64,000 bases of DNA from Zygnema circumcarinatum SAG 698-1b (lineage: Eukaryota > Plantae > Zygnematophyceae): positions 2,552,327-2,616,326 of the forward strand of contig CM074807.1 in assembly GCA_037447605.1 (NCBI GenBank), given 5' to 3'. Each line of letters begins with the position of its first letter. Within the stretch, counting starts at the first letter, position 1. This document shows positions 13,457 to 26,400 of the stretch, piece after piece. Under the pieces are notes generated by a model. That model saw only the letters and a list, made by a program, of their open reading frames with translations. It searched no databases and was not told the DNA's origin. The position numbers and the translations under genes were made by a program.

Positions 13457-16400
13457 ATGGCGGCGAAGGAGGGAGAGCTTCCCGCGGGCTTCACCTCGCT
13501 GAGGGAGGGAGAGGCGGTTATCCTGCAGCGAGGGAACGACGTGTTCTACAACAACGCTCAAGTAGAGCACCTCCTCTCCTCCCCTGCCTCCTGCTCGTTG
13601 AGGGGTATGCCGAAACTCTGAGGAAGCTGCATCGGCTGACAGCCATGGGGGAGCGTGGCAGGTTGTGAGCAGAGACCTCTCCGTCGCTGTGCTGCGGACA
13701 TTCGTGGAGGTAAGGAAGGAAGAGCGAGCTGCTGCACCGAAAGGGAAGAGAGGGGGCGGCAGAGAGAAGGGAAAGGAGAAGGAGAGGGTAGAGGGAAAGG
13801 AGGAGGGTAGAATTGAAGGAGGAGGGGTGGCAGTCGCAGAAGCGGGGGTGGTTACTGAGCAGAGTAAAGAGGAGGGGGTAGAACCTGAAACAGATGCTGA
13901 AGGTCCAAATGCACACAGTGGGGAGAATGGAGATGTTGGGAATGGAAGAGCAAGCCTGCCAATTTCTGAAGGTAACGCTCAGGAAGGGAAAGGCAACACG
14001 GGAGAATCGAATTCTCCGAGGCCTCTGCGAGTATTGGAGGTAGACTGTCTGCCCATGCTATGCTAGTTAAGAGGATAGGATCTAGCAGTAAATAGAAGCA
14101 GCAATTCAATAAGTCGTAAACAAATACGCTTGTAATTTCTTACACCAGGAGCACCTGGTTTGGGTTGCATTCCTGAGCAGGCCCTTGCAGCATCAGGTCT
14201 GCGCTCCTTGAGATATGCATTAGAGGTTGAAGGCATTGAGAGCATCATCGCGTTGGACCTCGATCCAGGTGGGTGCTTGCTTGGACTATTCTGCACCCTT
14301 GTCCTGAAAAACCTCCGGACGGTTGAGGGTTTACGACTTAGACTTCTGAAGGTGGATGAATTGGGAACTGCAGTGGCTGTGGACGCTTGCAAACGGAACG
14401 TGGAGTTCAATGGTCCCGGGGCTGCTGCGGTGCACCCAGAGCAGGCGGATGCGCGGGTGCACATGCTGATGCATGAAAAAGAATATGATGTGGTGCGTAC
14501 ATGAACTCCAAGCATTGGTTTTTCCGCTCAAAATATTTAAGCATGTCTGTTTTTCCCTTTTGTCTTCGCTGCTCGAGGACCTTCTCATGATGCTCCTAAG
14601 TGGTGGTTGATGTGCAGAATAGTGTGGCTTGCTCTGAATTGCAAACTTACGAGTCATGAGAAGTAGTTTTTTTTTCTTAAGCAAATGACAATCTTCCTTG
14701 CCGTCAGTTTTTGAAACCGCTGGGTTGAAAGGGCAGAGGAACTGTTCCTCAGAATTGGTGACAAACTGAAACTATGCGTCTCAGATTGCAATCAATCCTA
14801 TAGCTCCCGAACTCACCTGATATCTCTTTGAATTTCAGGACTAGCTCTGACAAAATTAGGTGAGGTTGATCAGACGCGATGATCAGCTGAAGCTGGAAAT
14901 GGTTTTCAACCCTTCATAACCTGCTAGACATGAAGCTGAAAGTAGCGCCTTCAATTGACACTGCCAGCATCAGTGACCATCACGAGTACTAGGATTGTTT
15001 TGAGAAACCCTTCAGCTGACATAGCCGACTCTTGAGTTCAAGAAAGGCACTGAGGAAGTTGCCGTTTGCTTCGATGAACTCGAAGGAGGTTAAGAAGGCA
15101 GTTTCCTTTCAAGCAATATCCGTAAACTGTTGTTATCAGCCATTCTAGGCCGAAGAATGATAAGGAGAATGCACATGGGATCACAAAAGCCCATAGAATG
15201 CTCATTCCCGCAAGCAAGCCAGTTCTTCTATCTAGTAGAATTGAGGTTGAACGGCCGTCTGTCTATAAAGCTCTCAAGAGCTGCTCAGATTCACAGATCA
15301 ACATGTCCATTCGTAATGTTTTATGTGTATGGAGGAAGCAAAGAGACCTCCCCTTTCTGGTAAATGGAATTCATTGATAGGCCAATCACTTCTGACGTTC
15401 GGCTTTGTTGCCTTTATGACGATTGATACTTCAATTTAGCATGTAGTATGGGCTTATTGCAGGTGGACCTCGACCCTTACGGATCTCCCTGCACCTTTTT
15501 AGACTCCGCTGTTCAATCCGTGGCCGACGGCGGCTTGCTCATGTGCACTGCCACCGACATGGCGGTGCTCTGCGGCAACAACGGCGAAGTCTGCTACTCC
15601 AAGTGAGGCTTTAGGAAGCAGCTGCCGCTTGAACGGAGCAGTTCTTTGTTCAAAATCAGTGTTCTGATTTTGTTTGATTTCTCCGGGTGCAGGTATGGGG
15701 CCTATCCCATGCGGGCAAAGTATTGCCATGAAATGGCTCTGCGCATTCTGTTGGCCTCCATTGAAGTCAGTTTTCATATTCCTTGGCCCTTGATGTGTCC
15801 GATTGCTTTGTTTTTTGTTTCTCCGGTTTTGACCTCGACCTTTTTATTCCCTTCTAGCTATCCATATATTGCCAAAGCTGACTGCTATTGCTATTGTTAC
15901 ACTCTGTGCAGAGCCACGCGAACCGCTATAAACGCCACATTGTGCCAGTTCTCTCGCTTTCCATTGACTTCTACATCCGGGTGTTCGTGCGTGTTTACAC
16001 GTGCGTTCCTCTCCTTCTTTCGCTCGTGTTTTTCCTTCCCATAAGATGTCCCCACCATCCAATCGACTGTCTAGTTTCACAATCTGATTGGCAGCCTCCT
16101 TTCCGCATGCAGCTCAGCCATAGCCATGAAGGCGAGCCCTAGCAAACTGGCCCACGTGTTTCAGTGCGTTGGCTGCGACGCCTTCCACCTTCAGCCAGTG
16201 GGCCGCATAGCCACAAAGGTAGGCGGCCGGCTGCATTCGAATACAGATTGCACACGACCTTCACTCGGTCTGACTTTCACACTGCGTTTTGTCCGCTGCA
16301 ATCTCGACCCGTCGATTGTGGGAATAGCCTTCTATACGACAATGGGGGCTCCTCAAGTGCTCTCAATCAGGAGGTGATCGTTGTTGCAGGGCAGCGCTCT

Positions 16401-17492
16401 GCGTTACATGCCGGGTTTGGGCCCTCCTGTGAGCCCCACGTGTGAGGAATGTGGGAAGTCTTTCCATTTAGGAGGGCCAATGTGGTCGGCTCCAATCCAT
16501 GACGCTCACTGGCTAAAGTCAACCCTTGCCAGTGTGCGGCAGAATGCAAAACGCTATCCTGCCTACAATAAGATTCATGCCATTCTCACTGCTGCCTCCG
16601 AGGTATGCTCAGCACCTCACTGCTTGAAGCCCCCTCTCGTAAATCGTTCACCAGGTTTTCCATTCAATGGAGATATCCGACCGACCTTTGACAAAGAGGG
16701 TGAAATGGGGCCGTGCTTTCTGCAGGAGTTGCTGGATGTGCCGCTTTTTGTGAGCCTTCATGGCCTCAGCGCAACCCTCAAGTGCACTCCTCCCGCTGCA
16801 ATCATTTTCCGCTCAGCCCTCGCCAATGCCGGCTTCCGTACTTCCGGCTCACATTCAAACGCCCTTGCTCTCAAGACGGATGCCCCCATGCATGTGCTGT
16901 GGGACATCATGCGCTGTTGGGTCAGTGCTCTCCTCTTGCTAGGGGAAAAGCAGCGTGGGGGGGAATGCCGGTCCGACTGCAGGCTTACATTTGGTGTTGG
17001 TGAGAGTTGAGTTTGCAGGTGAAGACTCATCCTGTGAAGCCTCAGCCGGAGGAGAGCCCGGGGTTCGCCATTCTGAAAAAGGAGCCTCAGCTGCAGGTGG
17101 GTTTCAATCCTTTTTGCCAGCAGCAGTCCAATAGATGATCGTCCGCAGCAATTTGATTGGTTCACGATCCATGCTGATGTTGGGACATACAAAACGGCTG
17201 ACAGTTCACACACTGCGCCTGCCTCCTGCAGGCCAACTTTGCTCGTTCGAGTGCCGCCATCAGCTATGCGCAAGCCAACGGAGTGCCTCGCTTCCTCCCC
17301 AACCCGCAGCAGTTTTGGGGGCCAAAACCACGAGCTGGGCGCCACCTGTCAGCGAAGCACCGCCCTTCCACGGGACTCACTCCGAAAGATGGGTCGCCAG
17401 GAGAAGCAGGAGCGCCTCCTGCCAAGCGTGCCAGAGGGGAAGGCAGTGCGGATGAAGCTGTCCCAGATGTCATGGAGCCCTCAGGAAATTGA
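13457..17492 (+). CDS. TRM1: tRNA (guanine26-N2)-dimethyltransferase; possible upstream in-frame ATG at 13394
   Basis: Spliced motifs [78 protein letters not shown]...[47 protein letters not shown]; stop ends at 17492. Confidence 0.95.
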
Positions 17493-18947
17493 AAGCAGAA
17501 GGCCTTTTTTTTTGGTTCGGTGGTCTTGCAACGTTTGTTGGACCTGTGGGATATGCGCTTTCTTTCCTTTCCTTTCCTTTCTTTCTCGTTGGCCCCTCTT
17601 GAGCTGTTGTGTCTTGCTTCAACAAGTTCTTCGCCTCCTCGTGAAGCACCTTGGGGCATCGACGTGGTGCGGGAGTGGCTGGGTTCCTGAAACGCTTTCA
17701 ACAACTAAAAAGGAAGAGGCGTGTTTGCAACCGGTGTGTGCTCTCGAGATGCAAAACCGCACACCGTGCACCAAGTGTGTGACGGCGAGCAGGCTGCGGC
17801 TCATTCACACATACCGCCGAGTGCACTGCAATTGGTCGAGTCCAAAGTGAGAGGGAGAAACGAACCCAGAGTCAAAACGGTTCATTCGACGATTCTCATT
17901 CTCGTGCACTGCACTGCGACGCTCACAAAATCAACTTTGTCACCGCCGCAGGGTCCATTTTGAAATTGACAGTAGGATCCCTCGCAGAGCGCACTCGCGG
18001 TTTGACGTGACGTGACGTGACTGCATCTGCCCCCCTTCCGGTCTTCGGTGCGACGCCATGATGGCCTGCCGCGACCTGTTGCGCTTGCGACCGTACGTCT
18101 CTGTACGGCATTGTACGGCCTGTCTTCCCCACCACGAGGACAAGGGCGCCCAAAGGCGCCAAGGAAGAAAGTCGCAGCGCGCGCCCACCGGGAAGGGCCA
18201 CCCGTAAGGCAGAGGCAACGAGCGGCCTCCTGCCGAACGAGCCGACTGAAGGAAGAAAGGAAGTGAACCAAACCAAGCAGTAGGGCCCAACACGGCTTGG
18301 AGGGATCCCCAGACGATGGCTCGGCTGCTGGGCTGTGCCCTCCGCTCGTGGCTCATGCTTCTTCTGGTTCGGAGAGGCAGCAGAAGGAAGAAGGGCCACC
18401 GACCATATGGGAGTTGAGGGTTTTAGCACTGCAGGATTGTAGGTGTGTTGCTGATACGAGCAATGTACATCACTCAAAACGCACTCAAAGGCGATAGTCT
18501 CTCGACCGGCATACTGACTGCACTTGAGAAAAAACGTGAACAGAGAGGACGATCATGAAGTAGCACAAAGCCCCAAAGCCGCGACTCCGATATTATGCAC
18601 TCACAAGGACAGGACGCAGGGAACCGCCTGACCGCTATTGCCTCCACAAAGTGTCTTATCACAAGGGGAGCTCTACTTCTAGTCCACGTAAATGGGCACC
18701 AAAAAACTAAAAAACGCAATTCATATCAGAAAGCTACGTTCCACTTAAAACGAGGTAAATGCGCCCTTATGCGCTCTATGAAGCCTACTCCTTTTTCTTT
18801 ATCTGTTGGCAGCAGTGCACCACATCTGTAAAGCAAACCTAAGCACTCAGATCATCCTACAATTCACAGCGGCAAACACCAGCAGTACAAGCACTACTGT
18901 AGCAGCAAATCACGCGATTACCTATACTGCCCTACACCTCCTGCATG

Positions 18948-19254
18948 CTACCCGCCATTGCTCCCGGGCGATGTGCCCTTTGTTCTCGCTTTCTTTGACC
19001 CTGGACGCTCCATGGCTGGCCTCGAGCTGGAGGCCTGCGACGCCTCCCCGGGAGACATCAGAGACTGCGTCTGATGGGGAGGGGGTGAAGGGGAGGCTTG
19101 GTGCCCAAAGTGATGCTGAGATTGTGACTTCAAGTGTAGGGGCATGGGCTGTGCTAGAGAACCCGGCATGCCTTGCGACATGGAGAGGGGCATGGGGTGA
19201 GATAGGGGCACCGCGAAGCCTGAATGCATGCTACCTGGCCCCCCCTGCTGCTGA

Positions 19255-19287
<33 letters not shown>

Positions 19288-20501
19288 GGACTCATTCCCT
19301 GCGCATGCTGCTGGTTAGCCTGCTGCTGCGACCCCACCAGCATTCCATTGCTGTTGCCGTGCTCCATGCCCACACTGCCAGGAGGGAGCATCATTCCTGA
19401 GCCATCGTCCTTGGAGAGAGGAGCCTGCCCTCCCTGCCCTCCACCTGGAAGCATTCCTGGCGGCAGACCATGCGGGAATTGGACTCCATTCCCTCCCACC
19501 ATCATGGGCTGCATCTGCATCTGATTCTCTGAAGCATGGCCTGCACTTCCTGAGAAACCTCCAGCAGATGTCCCTCCGTATGAGCCCGTAGTGCCCATAT
19601 TGCCATACGATCCCGCCATGGAGGCCCCATAAGTTCCTGCAGAAGTTGCTCCAAATGTTCCTGGACCTCCCTCTCTTGGCGGAAGGCCATTTGCTATGGG
19701 AGATATGACAGAAGTATGGAATCCTTGCACAGCCGGAGACCCTCCAAGTCCTGACATTCCATTGACTCTGGTATGGCTCGACATTTGTCTATGTAAGCCA
19801 GGCGGCTGGGAACCCTGCAACGAGAAATATAACACACACAGGGGCCACGCATTAGTGAATACAAATTTTCACCAGGAAGTAGATTAAACTGGCATTGCCA
19901 CATTGTGCAAATGACATAGATTGTCCACTAGAAGGAAAGGTAAGCCAAAGTTCGTCGCTCAAGCCATGCATTTTTCTGTTTGCGGAATGAATCATTATCA
20001 TAGGCAAATGGAACAGTCGCCACGCGCAACAACGCCCTTGAGAATTCATTGCCGGCGAAGTTTTGACACAGCACAAATGTACACAAATAATAGCAAACGC
20101 AGATACAGACAGCCCAGATGATTCAACTTTCCAGTCTTAAGATTCCCTTCGCACCCAATTTGCCAACCTCCAAGCATAAAAAACGGCCTCCGAACTTTCA
20201 CATAACTTGCGTAGCCATGCAAATTCCCGCAGAGGGAATGGTCCCTCACCGGTGCTCGATATGTTGTACCATCCGTTTCCACAACCCAGCCAGCTTCAGC
20301 TGCCAGAGCCCGCAGCACATCATTGATGTCTGCCCTGGGTGGAAGGTTATAACCGCCATATTTTCTCAGCCCAGCAAAGATTTTTGTTGTTATGGCGCGG
20401 CGCTGCCTTTCTCTGAGCTTCGTCTTTTCCTTCTCACTAGCACTAAGCTTCGCCATCTCCTCTCGACTCATTTGGGAAGTCCGAAATATGGGCTCCTTCA
20501 T
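18948..20501 (-). CDS. BZR/BES1-family transcription factor, non-canonical (type-B/BAM7-8-like) DNA-binding domain; true 5' end uncertain
   Basis: Exon ~20504-20250 encodes [60 protein letters not shown] (BES1_N domain); exon 19814-18948 is Gly/Met/Gln-rich with C-terminal basic PGSKKARTK. Upstream donor-like sites near 20828 and 21517 suggest additional 5' exons. Confidence 0.88.
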
Positions 20502-23401
20502 CAACTAAAGGAGGCCTTCGTTAAACCACTGGCAACACAAACGCCAGCACAGGTCAGCATGAGCCCCAGCTGCACAAAGGCCTGAGAAGACCTGCGACAT
20601 AGCAGATACACAGGCAGCATTTCACAGGGGACGCTATGCACTGACAGCAGCATGGCATAATCAATTTCTGAGACACAGAGAATGATGAGAGGCAACGAAG
20701 TAGAAAAAAAAAACAAAACAAAACAAAACATCCGCGATAACCAAACTATCTGTATACCAAAGCGTTTCGTTACATCTAGCCTTACAAACACAAACTAAAT
20801 TAGACCAAACAAGGGAGAAGAAAATTACCCATCATCCATCATACGGTAGTCGCTTAATCAAGTTAGCATTCAAGCAAATGACGAGAAATACACAATACAA
20901 CAAACACACAATGCAGCAGCATGTTGTATGCAATCGAGCATGCCCTAACAAGCATCCTCCCCTCCTTTGATCCTCGTCACACACCAATTCCAACTCCCCA
21001 CTCCTATCGGCATGTCAGGTATCACTTGAACCAATTGTCACTCGAAAAAAAGGGGACTTTCAAGCAGCTACTCCAAAGAAATCGGGTCGGCTACTAGCGA
21101 AAATATCCAGCATATCACGGAGACTTGTATTATAAGTAGGACAGGCAACCCCGGCGCTGAATTCAGGGAATTAAGACCTTCATCGACGGAGGTTCAGACC
21201 TTGTCCTACTGAAAATCCGAAAGGTTTGAGGAATCGGCCTGAGAATCGAGCAAAACATCTGCATGCTTGAAGCACAATTACGTTTTTAATGTTTGTAAAC
21301 CGACGAGGTCGGTGCACCTAGCCCTACAAATCCCCTGATAGCAGGGCTCCAAAAGTAAAGGGCAGACTCAAAATTTGAACTGCCAGAAATGTATGGACGC
21401 TGAGCTTCCGGTTCCAGTGAGTCTCTTAAACTATTCCTCGCCCCTACGGCTCCATTGCCTTCTAAAAAGTCGCAAACGGAGCTGAAATAGATATCAGGAG
21501 TAAGACGAAACCTTACCGGAGCGACGGCTTTAGCAGTTCGAACCCTTGAAGAGCGGTAACTTCGTCGCCTTCACCTCTTGCAATGGTAGGCCGTAAAGCC
21601 GGACCAGCAAAAGCGCTCGCTGCAGGCTTCCTCCTACTCTGTACTCCGCGTTTCTCACCACATCGGCTAACTCTCCTCCTCGGACCGTTTTCAAGCGAAA
21701 GGCGAAATTTAATGGACAGCTTACCTAGAGCATCCCTAGTATGATCCAGGAAGGGGAGCACTTGCAGAAGTAGGAGCGCCTATTTTCAGCGTGAACCCTA
21801 ACTTACTACCTCCTAGCAGTCTCCTGCTCTCTACCTACCTGCAAACCTACCGTCCACGCTCTCCAACATTCCTCCTCCCTGCAGTTCACTGCCTCCACCA
21901 AACCCGTCCACTACCCCCACTCACCCTTCCTCCTGTCACCTGCCCCGCTCCCTCTACCCCCGCCACGCCCCTATCCGTTCCTCCGTCGCCATTCCTCCTT
22001 CAAAGCTGCCCTTTCACACACCCTTCGCCCTCCCCGTAACTCTCCCTCCCCCTTTTCCTCTCCCTTTTCCTCCCTCTCTCCCTCCCTCCCTCCCTCCCTC
22101 CCGGCGGTCCCCTCCTCTCCCCCCCGCTCTCCCTCTCCCTCTCCCTCACCGTCCTCCCCCAACCCTAGCCTGCAGCCTTCGCACGTGCGGTCCGGCTTCC
22201 TCCTGCCCCCCCCTCCCCTCCACCCCTCCGCCCTCCGCCGGGCAGCGCCCGAAACTTTCCCGCGCGCTACCCGTTTCGGGGACCATGCAAGCAACGTAAA
22301 ATACGTACTCCGTTACCTAGAATAACAATACGTACGGGCCCTTGCGAAGTACGATATCTTCCTCAGGAGTGGTCCGATGTGCTCCTCACCGTCAGATCTA
22401 CAATCAATGGTCCAGATGCGAACTTGACACGTGCCACAATATTTCACACGTGCGAGTCGTCTCAGCAGCCCGCGGTCCCTCGTCACATCTTCGCAGATTG
22501 CGCGGGCGCCACGGTGGCGCAAAACGACAGGCTCTGACACGTGCGGGGGCGGCGCCGCGCTGGCGCGGATAAGGCGATAAGTGGCGCGCGCTCATTGGCT
22601 GCCGAAGGGGACGGAACTGGACGGAGCTCCATGGAATGGCCCCGTCTCTGTGCCGCCGCTAGGAACGGCGTTGACCGGAGGGTGAAGGGGACAGCTGGCG
22701 CGCCGGGATTGGCGGGCGAGACCGTACGGACAAGGGGACCGGCCGGCCGGTGCAGGTCGAAGATTTTGGCGGCGGATTTGGGGCCGGAGCTGGGACGGCC
22801 GGATTCGGAATTTTGAATTTTGGGGATTCGGGCGCTCGGTCGGGTTCAAATTTACTTTTGAAATTTAGGGTTCGGTTCGGGCTTCAAACTGGGGCGGGAC
22901 AGGTTCCATGCTTGGCAGTCGGCAGTTGGCCCGGACGCAGGACGCTGGAACTGCAACGGTCGATGTTTCACGGTGGACATGGAACGGGGTGGGGCCACAT
23001 GTCAAGGGGATGTACTGTATGTCGCCTCCTCTGAGAGTGCCACATACGAGCGGCAGTTTCAGCTCAGTTCCATGTACCGTGTGCCTCCACCCCCCACAGG
23101 CCTTTCTGATTCATTCACATGATTTCCAAGGACGGCAACTCCACTTGACAATGGATGGCACCCAGAGACAAATGCACGAAGTTAAATAGATACATGTAAA
23201 ACGCGCATGTTACAGTAGTGCGTACCCCTGCCACAGTGCTATGTCCAGAAGACATGCCCTCCACTGGATGGCCGGTACAGCCTCGTTCGAGCTTCTAAAG
23301 GAGGAGAAGGGACAAGCACGAGAGGATCAAATAACTGAGACGAAAGCCTAGGACGAGAACTCTGGAAAAATTCGAATACAGAAGACATTGACCACCTTCC
23401 C

Positions 23402-26400
23402 TCACGCCAAAATGTACACCAAGTCCCCTTCATACACGAGAGACTCCGCAGAGGGATTGGTAAAAGCGTAGGCTGTGGGAGCCCCGAGAGTCCCCTCCTT
23501 CCTGTACAGCCCGAGTGCGAGAGCTCCGCGATCACAGAGGAGTCCCACGAACATGTCTCCGAAAGTCTTCTCCACAAACTCTGCGGGTGCCGCTATCTGC
23601 TGCAGCTGCACGCGCCGCCCCTCCGCTGCCTCGTCCAGCCCGGCAGATGGCCCTCCCAACAGAAGCTCCAAGATGTTCCCAGTGTTGCGGTTGTAAAAAG
23701 TTTTGTACCTGGGAGGTGGGATGCGATTCGAAGAGTCACCCTCACAGCATCAGCTCACTCTCCCCTGCCTCTGGGCTGCAGCATATCCCTCTACAAACAT
23801 GGGTCGGAGTGAAACTCACAGCAGAAACTGCAGGGCGAAGGAGCAGAAGAGCTTCCCCTCCATGTATGGCGGCGTGAAGCTGAAGAGACTGTCCCGGTTC
23901 CGTTCGTAGATGCGCATCTGCAGGCGGGCGCGGTCGAGGAGGTAGTGAGGCCGCACGAAGGCGAAGGCCGCCTCGTGCTGCAGCTCGCAGAGGACCCGCC
24001 CCGCCGCGTGGGTGGTGCCCCTAAGCATGCGCTCGGCTGTGGCCACAACGGCGATGTTCTTCACATCGCTGCTGTAGCTGGAGGGGCTGTGACTCGCGGG
24101 CCGGTCCTCGCTCTCACTTCTCACTACTCCGGGGGGGTCGTTTAAGGCGTCCGGAGAGAGAATGACAACCTTCACTGCATGAAGCAGGACCATCATGTGC
24201 CCTCCTGGGATTAGGCTGAAATCGATAATATCACACGAGATGCAGTATGCAAAGAGGGAATTTTAAATAATCTCATTCGAATAATATAGACACTGGGTTC
24301 ACCTGTTCCAGAAAAATCACTGTTGTGAGTGTATTTCACGGAGGTGAAGATGTCAGCTTTGACTTTGCTACTGTAGAGATATAGAAACGTTCTCAATTTC
24401 CAAAATCAACAGGGATCAGGCATGCTGTCGTCCATTGATGATTATTGTATTGATTCTTCCACTTCCGACAACGGACAAGCAGCGGTCTGTGTCGACCAAG
24501 CAGAGAGTGACGAATCACACTTACATGAACGGAAAATGCCCGCTCTCATGAGGTCGAGCTCATAGGATGGAGACCCCTTCACAAAGTACACTTCCGGAAA
24601 GTAACCCACAGAGCCCCACTGATGGTGGTTGGGCTCCTTTGCTTGCAGAATAACAATGGGAGGATTAGAGCCCCCTGCCCCCCTCAAAGCAGCTACAAAA
24701 CTGAACATGTTTTCCGGCCACTCGTGAGGGATGGCCACCAAAATGTGCGGACGGCTATGCTGCATGGCTGGCAAGGTGCGTTCCGACAAACTCTCAAGAA
24801 TTTCTCTCTCCTTCTTCACCAGAGCAGCTGGGTGGGGGGGGGTGTTCAGATCAGCAGGTGGGGGCCACGTCAGCACCGCCTCTACCACCTGCTCAAGAGT
24901 GCTGCCTCCGCCAGTAATGGAATTGAGACAGGCAAGTGCAGGGCCGGAGTTTTGGCTGCCATTCACTGCTTTTCCTGCCCCACTTTCACCATCCTCTGCT
25001 CTCCCACTCTCTCTCTCTCTCTGGTCACAACCAGCAACAATCAGGGGAGCGTTTGTCAATCACACGGCACGGGTCATTCATATGCAGACATTCCCAGTTC
25101 TGAACATCTCACCTCACCTGCTCAGATTGGCTGCTTACCGCCACTTTGATGCCTTCCGAATCTCTACCGCCACCAGTGGCAGACTTTGATTTAGCAGCGT
25201 TGCTTGTCGACTCTTTGCCTCGCCATTTTGCTCGAACTTGAGCGAGCAGGAGAGTCTCTCTCCCTCCCCCCCGCCGCCCTGTCTGCTTGAACTTGGACAC
25301 CATCTGCGCTGTTTGGAGGTCCCGAGCGACGACTAGGGCCACATCTGTGGGTAGGACCACGTGCCCGGCGGGGAAGAGAAGGACCTTCCTCCCTCCCTCC
25401 CTGGCTACGTCGAGTGCAAATATGAGCACGCCAAAGCAGCGGAAGACAAACTCCACCACCTGCTTTCCCCAGCAGCAATCAGTCTACTCTATATAGCCAA
25501 CTAGTAATCTGATTTTGAACTACCCTGCCTACCCTGTGCGATTATTCTTTCAAAGCGCGTCCGTGTGATGCATGAGGTCCTCTTTCCGCATAATAATGGC
25601 AAGTGCAGGGGGAGAGCTACTCGCCTCTTCGAACAGCAGCTGCTGCAATGCAGTTGGAAGGAGCATGGGGTAAATCTCATTCTCCTGACCACTGCTGTAC
25701 TCCGAAATCCATCCCGGCAAACTCTCCCCTTTGGCGAGCATGACGCCCGTCCGGAAGAGGTTGGTACAGAAAGTAGTGAGTCCCTTCACGAAGCAGCTGC
25801 AGTTTCCCCCCCCCTCCACCAACACGCGCAGCTCCAACAAATGTGAGCAATAACATATTCAATACCATACACGATTGTCGCTGCAACAGCCCCGTGTCAG
25901 AGCTTTTGATCGTTGACTTTTAGACCAGAGTGGACTTTCCGACCTTTGAGATAGGCTTTCTGCAAACCATCCAAAGTGAAGTTGCTGGTCAGCACCTACC
26001 TGCGAGCGAGCAGGTGGAAGCGCAATGTGTCCGTACAGACGACCTCCACCTTTGTGGTGTCGTCCCATATGGCCCCGTTCTTGTTGCGTGGACGCAGCAT
26101 CTCCACGACTACGGGCACATCGCTGCCGCAGTGGCGGTGTGCGGCCAACGCGTGGATGAACTGCAGAGAGTCGACTGCGTCGAGGTCCTGCAACACAAGC
26201 TTAGGAGGTCATATAATCTCCTACCCTTCGGTTGGTCACATCTTTCTTCTTCTCGCATTGACCTGCCAAAGCTCTGCCTTGAATTCAAAGAGTGAAATGG
26301 TGGGAAGAACACCGTCACACAACACGAGCATACCGTGGTTTGCTTATCAGCAAGAAGGAAGAAAGCTGATGCGCTACGAGAGGCTATTCGGTCGAGATCG

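Noticed and set aside
21513-21761. 82-aa ORF as the coding first exon of the BZR gene
   Set aside because: Its donor (phase 2) joined to the 20504 acceptor gives an immediate stop, so it is more likely 5' UTR.
22445-22452. CACGTGTG-type site (reverse strand) upstream of the BZR gene suggesting autoregulation
   Set aside because: An 8-mer expected by chance at this scale; also present at ~53334 and G-box-like sites occur in all promoter islands.
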